A DNA stretch of 58,580 bases from assembly GCF_000142905.1 (NCBI RefSeq), contig NW_013657635.1:251966-310545 (forward strand). The letters are read 5' to 3'. Under the pieces are notes generated by a model. That model searched no databases, had not been told where the DNA came from, and saw nothing but the letters and a program-made list of their open reading frames with translations. Shown here one piece after another: positions 46,101 through 57,127 of this stretch; position 1 is the first letter of the stretch; each line of letters begins with the position of its first letter. The stretch comes from Thecamonas trahens ATCC 50062 (taxonomy: Eukaryota > Protista > Apusomonadida). The translations under genes were made by a program, and so were the position numbers.

Positions 46101-46859
46101 CTGGAGGCCGCCACGACGAGCCCAACGCGGAATGGTGGGCCGATGAACAAGGCGGCGGGCGCCTTTGAGCGGATAGTGGCCGTCGCGGGGATCTGCCGGG
46201 CGCGGCGCAGCAGCAGCGGCAGTCACCTCGTCGTTGCCGGCCATGCCGTTGACGCGGAAGCGGACGATGTCACGCAGCGCGAGCGGGTAGCGAATGGAGA
46301 CCCGCTTCCAGTCGCCGCCGAGGACGGGCGAGACAAAGGTCCGCTCTGTCAGTGAGATGTCGTCCTCGTCTGGCTCGGCCTTGTAGACGCGGATGGTGCG
46401 GATGGGGACGGGATCGAGCTTGGCATTGACTTCTGCTTTGCGGACGGAGATGTCGAGCGGGATGACCGAGTGCGGGGCCTGTGGCATGTGATCGTCGTAC
46501 TCGCCACCGCCATACGGCATCATGTGCTGGTGCTGGAGTTGTTGCTGTGGAGGGAGATGGTGCGCGTGCTGGTGGTGCGGCGGCGGGTACGGCGGCGAGA
46601 GCGGATGATCCGAGCGTCCACCGGCATAGTCGTCATACCCATGCGGCGGCGAGTGCGGCGGGTGATGCGGCGGCGAGTGTGGCGGCGAGTGTGGCGGCTG
46701 GTGCGGATGGTGGTGGGGCAGTGGCGGTGGCGGCGGCGACGTCCGGCGGCGACCGCCCTCGCCGTACCCTCCGTCGCCAGAGTACGAGTACGAGTACGAG
46801 CCGGAGTAGCTGCCACTGCGACCGCGTCCGCCGCGGTGGCGGAACGACGGGCGTTGCAT
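43142..46859 (-). CDS. SET1: SET1/COMPASS histone H3K4 methyltransferase; frame breaks at ~44884 and ~44147
   Basis: RRM (VLVSGL...FSGVAVVTY), n-SET WIN-like GCARSAGY and [21 protein letters not shown]...GSSYLFRI...[10 protein letters not shown], post-[19 protein letters not shown]. Confidence 0.95.
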
Positions 46860-46994
46860 GTGGGGTGGGCGGGGGTGAAGTGTGTGTGTGTGTGTGTGGT
46901 GAGGGTTTGGGCAAGGGGAGGGAGGGGGGGGGGGATGGGCGAAAAGTGGGTACGGCGGGTGGCGGGTTGGTGGCGGGTTGGAGGTGGTGGGGAT

Positions 46995-48460
46995 TTAGGA
47001 CGATTGGGTCTTGAGAGCATCGAGGAGGAGGACTTCGACGATGGCGAGGCGTTCAGCAAGGTCATCAGAGCGGGCGACTGAGGCTGCGAGGGCAGACTCG
47101 AGCTCAGTGACTCGGGCGGCAAGGGCAGGGTCGGAGGCGGCGGGAGAAGCGGCGGGTGCGGCTGGCGTGGTGGGCGAAGAGCTGGTCGCCGATGGAGCGG
47201 CAACAGGGGCGGGGGCAGAGGCGGCGGTAGAGTCGATGACGACGCCGGTGTGGTCAGAACCGACCTCGACGATGATAGCCGAGCCGAGGCTATCGAAAAA
47301 GTCAAGACGCTCGGGCTCCATGCGATCAAAGGTGTCGCCGTGGCCAGTCTCGCCATTGGCGGCCTCGCCCCAGGTGTAGACCTGGCCGTCGGCAGTGAGA
47401 CAGGCCGAGTGCTCGGGACCCATGGCAACGTGGACGACATGGACGTTAGCGAGCGCGGCGACCCGCTTTGGAACAGCCCAGTCGCGCTCGTAGTTGTAAC
47501 CGGCAACGCGAACGCGTGGGACGAGTGGTTCGGGATTGGTCTCGGTCCCGTGGCCAAGGTTGCCCATGCGGCCGTGACCCCACGAGTAGAGCGCGCCATC
47601 GTTGGTGACGGCGGCGCCCGAGCCTTCCGAGATGGAGACCTGAGTGACAGAGACGGAGGCGAGGCGGTCGACGCGGGTGAGGACGAGGCGAGGCTCCAGG
47701 TCGCCGAGACCGAGCTTTCCACACTCGTTGTCACCACAGGTGTAGAGAGAGCCGTCGGAGCAGACAACGGCGGTGCAGCGCATCCCGCATGAGACATCAA
47801 CGGCAATCTTGCCGTCAAGAGGAACAGGCGTCGGCTCGAGGATGGTCTCTGTGGTGCCGAGACCGAGCTGTCCAAAGCCGCCAAAGCCCCAGAGAAACAG
47901 TTGGCCGTCAGCAGTGACAGCACCCGAGTGGCCAGTGCCGGCCGAGACGTCAACAACGGTGGTACCGGTGAGGGCGGCGATCTTGCGCGGGACAAACTCG
48001 TCGTTCTCCGAGCCATGGCCAAGGATGCCGTAGTCACCGGTCCCGCACGACCACACATCGCCATCGGCATCAAGAATGAGCGTGTGCTCACAGCCCATCG
48101 AGACAGCGACAACGGTGACGCCCGCCAGCGCAGTGACTTCCTTGGGCGTGGACACGCTCTCGTGGCCACCGTGGCCGAGCTGGCCCGCATCGCCATCGCC
48201 CCAGGTAAACAGACGTCCATCGTCTGTCTTGCAGCAGCAGGCAGTGAGTAGCGAGGTGGCGTGCGTGCAGGAGGAAGTAGGGGAGAAGGAGGGAGTTCCG
48301 TACCGGTGACTGCGGCGCCGTAGCCGTCGCCGAGGGAGATGGAGACGAGGCGGGTGTGCGGCAGGTGGGCAACGTGGACAGGGAGCAGCTCGTTGCGGTC
48401 GTGGCCGAGACCGAGCTGGGCGCACTCGCCCGAGCCGAACGTGTAGAGGCCGTCGGTCAT
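46995..48460 (-). CDS. RCC1-repeat beta-propeller protein with short C-terminal coiled coil; exons 48304-48460 and 46995-48223
   Basis: About seven RCC1 repeats (LYTFGSGECAQLGLG, LFTWGDGDAGQLGHG, VWSCGTGDYGILGHG...). Removing the intron joins AAVT to DDGRLFTW. Confidence 0.92.
48224..48303 (-). other. Spliceosomal intron (80 nt, phase 1) in the RCC1-repeat gene
   Basis: GTACGG donor at 48303, pyrimidine-rich body, candidate branch site TACTCAC, ACAG acceptor at 48224; restores the reading frame. Confidence 0.85.
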
Positions 48461-48463
48461 GAT

Positions 48464-48494
<31 letters not shown>

Positions 48495-49284
48495 CGGTTG
48501 AGGGGTGTGGGGTGTGGGTGGGTGGGAGGGGTGTGTGGTGGAGTGGCCGTTGTGTCGCTGGTTTGGGCCGATGATGAGGCTGAGACTGCTGCGAGCCCGG
48601 AAAGCTGTCATCACCGTCTCGATCGGGTGTGGACAACAGCCACAATGATCCGGCCAGTACATCACGATCGCGTCAGAGTCGTCAAAGGTCTCCACGGCCC
48701 AGAAAAAAAGCGATCATGTCTTCCTATGCACGCCCTCAACGTGTGTGGCGGATGTCCGACAGCTGCTCATTTGCTCGCCCCTCACACGTCGGCGTTGACA
48801 GTGGTTTGGCAGATGACGAGATAGTTGGCAAAGAAACAGACCTGGACGTTGGCTTCTCTCGAATGACGGTGATCTAGCTAGCTCCGACTTGTTGCCATTG
48901 AGTGACGAGAGCTATCGTGGAGTCCAGCAGTCGCCAATGGCATCGAAGGCAGTCTCTGCCCTGGCGTTGAGGCGCGCGGGGTTGACCCGAGCGAGGACGT
49001 GAGCGAGATCCTCCAGCGAACGACGTAGGGGCCGAGCCTCATGCCCAAATACCGGGCGATTGTGGTCGAAGAAGTGGTCGAAGGAAAGGGCTATCGTCAG
49101 CATGATCACCACCAATCGCAGCTGTTGGATGTCAATGGCCGGCGACGACTCGGCGGAGACGTTCGGTAGATTCGACGGCACACGTTCGGACAATAGAAAC
49201 AACCTGTGCGACACGGCGAAACGGAGAAGCAGCGGAGGGCACCAGCTCTCTCAAGTCTAGCAGGTGGAAAGGGCAAACGTAACC

Positions 49285-52200
49285 ATGTCCTCCGAGCGTG
49301 TGTACACACGGGAGGATGTGGAGAGGATGACGGAGGTACTGAACAAGGCCAGGAAGGAGTACTTTGCCATGTCGCTGAGGGAGAAGACCGGCGGAGTGGT
49401 GAAAAGGGAAAGCGGAAGAAAATCGTGAAGAAGCTCGAACGGATCGCCATGCAGGTGAAGGACGAGTTGTTCAAGGTGTCGGAAGCTATTGGTGCTGGCC
49501 GAGCTGTTCGGGACGTGGTTGAGGCTTGGATCTCGATGGGTCGGACTGCGGTGGTGGTGCTCCGGGATACGCTGGAGGGGGAGGGCGGAGAGGCCGGAGT
49601 GGCGAGGAGGGAGTGGTGGTGGGCAGCAAGGAATTGTGCTGCGCTGCTGAAGCGTGTGGATGACTACGCTGGGGCGAAGGAGATGGTCTGCAGTGCAGTG
49701 GAGGCGCCCAATGTCCCGGACATGGCTACTGCTGCTCTTCTGGAAATCTTGGCGGGTGTGTACCAGGCTCAGGACAAGCTGGATGAGGCTGAGGCGACAT
49801 ACAAGTGGGCGCTGGACATCAGGCAGGCCAAGCTGGGACCGGATGCACTGGACGTGGCGGCCACGCTTAACAACCTGGCGGGTGTGTACAAGGCACAGGA
49901 CAAGCTGGATGAGGCTGAGGCGACGTACATGCGGGCGCTGGACATCACGCAGGCCAAGCTGGGACCGGATGCACTGGACGTGGCGACCACGCTCAACAAC
50001 CTGGCGGGTGTGTACCAGGCGCAGGACAAGCTGGATGAGGCTGAGGCGACGTACATGCGGGCGCTGGACATCTGGCAGGCCAAGCTGGTACCGGATGCAC
50101 TGTACGTGGCGGGTACGCTCAACAACCTGGCGGGTGTGTACAAGGCACAGGACAAGCTGGATGAGGCCGAGGCGACGTACATGCGGGCGCTGGACATCAG
50201 GCAGGCCAAGCTGGGACCGGATACACTGGACGTGGAGGGTACGCTCAACAACCTGGCGGGTGTGTACAAGGCGCAGGACAAGCTGGATGAGGCCGAGGCG
50301 ACGTACATGCGGGCGCTGGACATCACGCAGGCCAAGCTGGGACCGGATGCACTGGACGTGGCGACCACGCTCAACAACCTGGCGGGTGTGTACGAGGCGC
50401 AGGACAAGCTGGATGAGGCTGAGGCGACGTACATGCGGGCGCTGGACATCACGCAGGCCAAGCTGGGACCGGATGCACTGTACGTGGCAACCACGCTCAA
50501 CAACCTGGCGGGTGTGTACGAGGCGCAGGACAAGCTGGATGAGGCTGAGGCGACGTACATGCGGGCGCTGGACATCAGGCAGGCCAAGCTGGGACCGGAT
50601 GCACTGTACGTGGCGGCCACGCTCAACAACCTGGCGGGTGTGTACAAGGCGCAGGACAAGCTGGATGAGGCCGAGGCGACGTACATGCGGGCGCTGGACA
50701 TCAGGCAGGCCAAGCTGGGACCGGATGCACTGTACGTGGCGGGTACGCTCAACAACCTGGCGGGTGTGTACCAGGCGCAGGACAAGCTGGATGAGGCTGA
50801 GGCGACGTACATGCGGGCGCTGGACATCAGGCAGGCCAAGCTGGGACCGGATGCACTGGACGTGTCGACCACGCTCAACAACCTGGCGGGTGTGTACCAG
50901 GCGCAGGACAGCTGGATGAGGCTGAGGCGACGTACATGCGGGCGCTGGACATCAGGCAGGCCAAGCNNNNNNNNNNNNNNNNNNNNNNNNNNNNNNNNNN
51001 NNNNNNNNNNNNNNNNNNNNNNNNNNNNNNNNNNNNNNNNNNNNNNNNNNNNNNNNNNNNNNNNNNNNNNNNNNNNNNNNNNNNNNNNNNNNNNNNNNNN
51101 NNNNNNNNNNNNNNNNNNNNNNNNNNNNNNNNNNNNNNNNNNNNNNNNNNNNNNNNNNNNNNNNNNNNNNNNNNNNNNNNNNNNNNNNNNNNNNNNNNNN
51201 NNNNNNNNNNNNNNNNNNNNNNNNNNNNNNNNNNNNNNNNNNNNNNCACGCTCAACAACCTGGCGGGTGTGTACCAGGCGCAGGACAAGCTGGATGAGGC
51301 TGAGGCGACGTACATGCGGGCGCTGGACATCAGGCAGGCCAAGCTGGGACCGGATGCACTGGACGTGGCGACCACGCTCAACAACCTGGCGGGTGTGTAC
51401 CAGGCGCAGGACAAGCTGGATGAGGCTGAGGCGACGTACATGCGGGCGCTGGACATCAGGCAGGCCAAGCTGGGACCGGATGCACTGTACGTGGCGGGTA
51501 CGCTCAACAACCTGGCGGGCGTGTACAAGGCGCAGGACAAGCTGGATGAGGCCGAGGCGACGTACATGCGGGCGCTGGACATCACGCAGGCCAAGCTGGG
51601 ACCGGATGCACTGTACGTGGCGGGTACGCTCAACAACCTGGCGGGTGTGTACAAGGCGCAGGACAAGCTGGATGAGGCTGAGGCGACGTACATGCGGGCG
51701 CTGGACATCACGCAGGCCAAGCTGGGACCGGATGCACTGTACGTGGCGGCCACGCTCAACAACCTGGCGGGTGTGTACAAGGCGCAGGACAAGCTGGATG
51801 AGGCCGAGGCGACGTACATGCGGGCGCTGGACATTCATATGTCGTTATCGCGCGGTAGCTTTTCCACAAGCTTCTTCCTTGCCCGTCTTCTGCACCTTGC
51901 TCTTCCCTCCTGCAACAGCAACCTCCACACTACCCGAGGTTATGCCCTTACCTTTCTTGACATCAACATCAACCTTCTTGCCACTCACGGCCGCGACCTT
52001 GCCACCTTTGACGCCATCGCCTTTGCACAAACCTGCGCTCTGATCGCCACTCACTTTGCTTGCGACCCCGACGTCATGGCGAAGCTCTGTGAAGCCATTT
52101 CTGTTCTCTCCTCTGTCGATGCGCTCCTGCCGTCAGCCATCCACATGCTTAACGCCATGCTCCCGGCCACAGACGACGACGCGGAAATCCACGCTTCGCT

Positions 52201-55200
52201 CGCCGCCTGCCACCGCCGTCTCACGCCGCCCAACTGGATTCACGCCCTTGCTCACGCTGCAGCCGCTGCCGACGACAGACTCTTCCAAACCTTGCTTGAC
52301 GACTATGTTGATACATACTGGATGGTTGACGACGATTTGCTGGCACAGTTTCACCATGCAGTCGCCACCTACCATACTCACATCATCGGCACGCTCGTCT
52401 CTGATCACAATACCTGGAACTCGCCTTCACTCGCCGTCTCTGAGTTTGCTCGCAACCGCATTCTCAACACCTTTGTCCGGCTCAACTCGATCCACGACCA
52501 GATGTTCTCCCGCTGCATTGCTGCTGCCACCGATGGCCACACTTCTGAGGCTTACTTTCCGGCCGACAAGGGTTCTCGCCTGGCACTCGCTGAGTCACTC
52601 AGATTGGCGGTGCACATTCCTACTCTCAGGGCCAGTGACTTTGATGGTGCCGGCTGGGCTTGCGATCTCCTCGCCGAGCTGGTTGATTCGACCGAGTCGG
52701 TCAAGGCTGGACCACAGAGTATGACCTCGATGGGCGATGTCACCAGCTGGCTTTCGACCACGAGTCCCGACACAGACCCAAGTTGTGCGGGGCGCTTGTT
52801 TGGTACACTCAAGAAGCTGGCGCGGACTGTTCTACCCCGAGACGAGATCCCAGTCGACGTCTGCGTTGTTGACGCATTAATTGATGACGGCTACCTCGCT
52901 GTTGCTCTTGGCCGGCATTTCACCGCCACGCGGAAAGCTCGTCTGGTTGATCGAGACGGGTTTGGCGCAAGACTCGCTACAGCTGTCGACGCTGCATTGG
53001 ACAATCGTGCAGGAGACATTGCACCGTCCACTGTCCTCGCGCCGGCGTTTCTGGCGGAGCTAGAGAGCCTTGACTGGGTCAAGTCTGACAACAATCAGTT
53101 CAAGCTGAAGGTGCCCGCCTCGGTCATCAGTGATGCGGCGCTCGACTTCCTTCCGCCACACGTTGCTGCTGTTGCTGCTGAGTGGATTCGCCTTCACGCC
53201 ACGACGCGGGCAGCTCGTCCGACGTATTCTGCGTCCTCCAACAACGGCGTGTCTGGGCGTCAGATGCTGGAGCTCCTGCGCGCACGCGCTGATGCGATAG
53301 AGGATCCCTGTGATGGGTCGGGTGTGTTCCTCGCTGCTCGCGCACCAGGTGCGCCGTCACCGTACGATGCTGCAACGTTTGGCGACCAGGGGGCGGCGTA
53401 CCTTGACAAGATCACAGCTCCGACGTTTGACTCTGCTGCGCCGGACGCGTTTCGTGCACTGGTGGACGCGATGGACTTTTCCCACTATCGCAAGCCTGAT
53501 GGCAGCTCGACCGACTCGGCCGAGTGGGAGACGGCTTGGGCCGGCTCGACCATCTGGATCGCCAACGACGCCAAGCATGTCCGGCTGACGCCAACGAGCA
53601 AGTCAAGTCGGCTGACTCGGAAGGTGGGCGCGCTAATTATGGCGGGCGCTTCGGTCGAGATTGACATGGTGGCGCGGCGGTCAGTGTATTTTTGGACATT
53701 CGCGGTGCTGCTGCGCGACGACGGGTTTGTGGGCAATGCTGTGGAGCTCTCCGGTCAGATCTACGGCGCGCTCCTCAGTTCTGGGCACATTGACAAGCGC
53801 CGTATTGTGGAGCCTGCAGCTGTCCAATACCGGAAGCACGTGGCCAACATCAACCCTGAGGCTGCCGCGGCATCTGCCCAACAGTATCGCGCGTCGCTTG
53901 AGACAATGCTGCAAAGCAGGGCAGCTGCAGCTGTACCGCATGTCAATGTTCTTACTGATTTCCTGCTGCGCAAGGTCCTACAGGAGTCACACGTGCGGCT
54001 AGACCCGGATGCACGTGAGGACGCGCTGGATCTTCTGCGCCGCGCGTTTGGGGGAACAACGACGCTACTCACAACGTTTGGGTGGGCACAGGCCGACATT
54101 GGTGGCGCAGACAGTGTCACCCGCAAGGCCGAGCTGCGTGCGGCGGCCGAGGCAGCTGCACGGCACGACCTGCGTCTGGTGCTCCCGGTGGCATCTGATA
54201 TCCAACCTGAGCTCCAGAGCGGCTCGATGCGGGAGTGGCTAGCTTGGGCATGCAAGGCATGGCGCTCCGGCGCAGAGGGCAAGGGTCTGGTGCGGGCTTC
54301 GCTCGGTCAGCTGGACAGCGCGCCGACGTGGCTCAGAGCCTGGGTGGCGGACAAGGCGCGACAGATGTACTGGGATGGCAACGAAATGGATGCTTTGCAC
54401 GAAAGTGTCGCCGGGAAACTGGCTGCTGCCCATCCTCCAGGGGATCTGGACCGCGACATTCACTCGCAGCTGATGTACGCCGCGATGTTGCTTGCCCGTA
54501 CGAAGCAATGTCAGGCTATGCTTGTGGCGACAAACATATCACCAGAGCTGCGGGAGCGGCTGGAGGCAGAGGCACAGACTCGATCGGTAGAGCTGCTCAT
54601 CAAGGTGCGATCGATTGCAGAGCACTCGCTGCTGCGCGCATTCGAGCCGCACATTCTCAAGCCGAACTACGAGAATGTGATCGGCAGCGAGAAGGACACA
54701 CACGACATCAAGTACTCACCTGTCTCGTCAGAAGCGAGTTGGAACAGGTGGCTCGTTGCGTCCAGGTTGCGCTTTGCTGGCGACACGCCGGCTGATGCAG
54801 TCACCATCGATGACAATTCACTGGCGAATGTGTACCGCGAGCTGCTGAACCATATGCGGCGGCTGATGCCCCTTGAACTCGCAGGTGGGAACCCGGCTGA
54901 CGAGTGGCTGTTCTTTGCGGCGCTGGTGTCGAACCAGGCCAAGCACGAGAACGTGGTGGGCATTGTCAAGGCTGTTGGTGATGACCTCATGCTTCAGGCT
55001 ACTCCGCGCGAGATTGGGCGGCTGTCGTTTGTGCTCAATGGCTCTGCTGCCACCAAAGAGGCTAGTGCGGCGATGTTCAACCAGATGCAAGAGGATGGCC
55101 TGATCTCGAGGAAAGGCGAGCCGATGGTCGACAGCGTACCGCCTGCTCTGACGGGATCGCCTGAGGGCCAAATGCTTGAGGCCGTGCTGGCGCGGCGCGC

Positions 55201-55624
55201 GCACCGGCCACCGGCACACGGCCCGGCGTTCGGGCGCCCTCTGGTAGCTCTGCTGCGTGCTGCTGTGGCCGGTGCCGATGCGCTGGCGCGCACCTGCTTT
55301 GCAGTTCATCGGGACTACTTTACGCTACCGCGACCTGTGGCTGGAATGCCCGCGCTGTCGGATGAGTGGACCCTGCATCCCAAGCAGCTGTCCCCGTACA
55401 TGGCCGAGTACAAGTTCGAGCTTAGTGGTGGTAAGGACGTGACTCAGCTGAGGGCCGCGGCGCGTAGGCTCCGGAAAACCCGGCCGCGATTCTCCGAAGT
55501 CGAACTCAGGGTCGTGGATGGCACGTTTGCTCGGCTTCTTGTGCAGTCGACAACGTTTGGGCTACTGCAAGACCTGTACGACGAGCTGGAATCTTGTATT
55601 GATGCCGCCGGGGCGTCGTCGTGA
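49285..55624 (+). CDS. Large protein with ~17 near-identical 42-aa TPR repeats (kinesin-light-chain/TPR_12 type) and a ~1250-aa C-terminal region with two HEPN-like modules
   Basis: Likely start MSSERVYTREDVERM at 49285, joined by a one-base break at ~49409 to KRKKIVKKLERIAMQ (alternative start 49449). Repeats LNNLAGVYxAQDKLDEAEATYMRALDIxQAKLGPDALxVAxT; open frame to TGA at 55624. Spans an N gap and a one-base loss at ~50910. Confidence 0.85.
49737..51835 (+). repeat. 126-bp coding tandem repeat array (TPR)
   Basis: 10 units before the gap and 5 after. The 280-nt gap equals 2x126 plus the 28 nt needed to finish the interrupted unit. Confidence 0.95.
50967..51246. other. Assembly gap (N) inside the TPR array
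   Basis: 280 Ns. Confidence 0.99.
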
Positions 55625-55680
55625 CGCTAGCCATAAAACGCGCTCAGGAGGGTCTCAGCGGCATCAAGACGACACCAGGT

Positions 55681-56531
55681 CAACAACTTGGGCCTCAGGT
55701 GGCAGAACTCGGATTCCGGAAAGTGGGTCTGTGGAAACGATAATGTGCAAAAGTCAGTGTGTGCATGTAGTTGGGTAGTAGTGAAATCAGATTGGGTATA
55801 GCTGGTCATGAGTGTAATGGGGCGTGTGCGGGGTCGAGCGGTCGAGGGCGTGCTCAAGCACCCAGGCCAAACAAGTCGCCGCTCAAGTGAGCCGAGGAAG
55901 ATAGGAATGGATGACGCCGAAACTGGAACTGATGATAGTGCACAGGGAGTGATGACCTCGAGTGTAATCGTGAGTTGTGTAGCTGGTAGTGGGAAGGAGC
56001 TAGGTGGTGGTGAAGGTGGGCTGATCGGGCGAGCGTGCGACGGCTGGCGGCTGGTGGTCGACAAGGCAGGGGACAGCTGAGGGGGCTGGGTCGGAACGGG
56101 GTGGATCGAGATTGGTATTGATTGGAGAATGAAAAGTCTGGCATGTGATGGTTGACGGATGGCAGTGTCGGGGTCGGGGATGAGAATGGGGGTGAGCTGG
56201 AGCGGGGAGACGAGGAGGATGAGGAGGAAGAGGAAGCCGGGTGCGCGATGAGATGGTGGTGGGCATGGCCAAGGCATGGGGGTGGAGGTTGTGGCTGGGA
56301 TGTGCAGGATGGTGGTGGAGTAGGGGGTCAGGGTGGTGGTTGGTGGTGATGGGGCGTAATGAGTATGGTAGGGGGGAATGACGGGGGTCGTGAAGTGGGT
56401 GGCGTGCCAGGCGGAAGGATGATGGGTATGGCGATTGGGCTTGAGGATTGATGTGGGTGAGTATGATACGGCTGATGGCTGTGTGTTGAGTGTGGGCGAT
56501 GAGGGAGCCGGGTACTTGGGCGGCGAGGGGG
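55681..56531. repeat. Copy 1 of a diverged ~850-bp direct repeat
   Basis: Shares collinear blocks (aactcggattccggaa, gtagtagtgaaatcagattgg, gagccgaggaagat, gggaaggagct..gtgaaggtgggct, gggtatggcgattgggcttgag) with 57128-57980. Confidence 0.85.
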
Positions 56532-57127
56532 AGGAGGGCGGGATGGATTGGGTTGAGATGGACGTCGATGGAGACGAGAGCTTGGGATTGGAAGAGGAGG
56601 CAGACCACTGAACGCTAGCCCGCCACTGCATTGAAAATCGCTCGCCCTTGCCCTCTCTTGTTCTTCCTCGTCCTGGCCAGCCCGGTGGTCTCGTCGTCTA
56701 GCTTGGTGATCGGCGGCAGGGGCGGCTGGTGATGAGCAGGCCGGCGGGGGCTGTGATGGGCAAGGCCGGAGGAGGGAGGGGAGGATTGGGTTGGAGAGCA
56801 GACTAGTAGTCATTGCTAATGATCTGGCTATCCGTATGCATAGCCTCCGATGCTCCGTCGATGGCTAGCCTGCTCTCGGTGGTGCCGGAGGTGGTCGGTC
56901 GGCGGCGGGCGGTGGTCGGCGGCGAGCAGCAGGCGGTCGGCAGCGATGCTGTTGACGGGTTGGCGTCGGCTGATGTGCGTATCGGGGCAAATGAAGTCGA
57001 TGGATATAATTGCAGGGATGATGGGTAAGTCTGGTCTGGATGTGGTGATTGTGGGTGGAGATGATAGGGAGTGGGGGTCGGAGATGGGCCCGGGAGGGGG
57101 GTCAGCAACTTCGAAGGGACACAGGGC

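Noticed and set aside
35780-46859. PRP8 and SET1 as pseudogenes
   Set aside because: Domains and motifs are complete, codon bias is strong, and there are no in-frame stops once single bases are restored.
49737-51835. TAL effector, true kinesin light chain, or NLR with an NTPase domain
   Set aside because: Units are 42-aa TPRs, not 34-aa TALE repeats. There is no KLC heptad region, too many repeats for KLC, and no Walker A motif was found.
138-55778. Numerous long antisense or alternate-frame ORFs (e.g. 750-1403+, 31048-32373-, 38589-40415-, 49654-50919+, 49769-51838-)
   Set aside because: These are shadows of real genes caused by high GC, codon bias and repeat periodicity, and carry no recognisable motifs.
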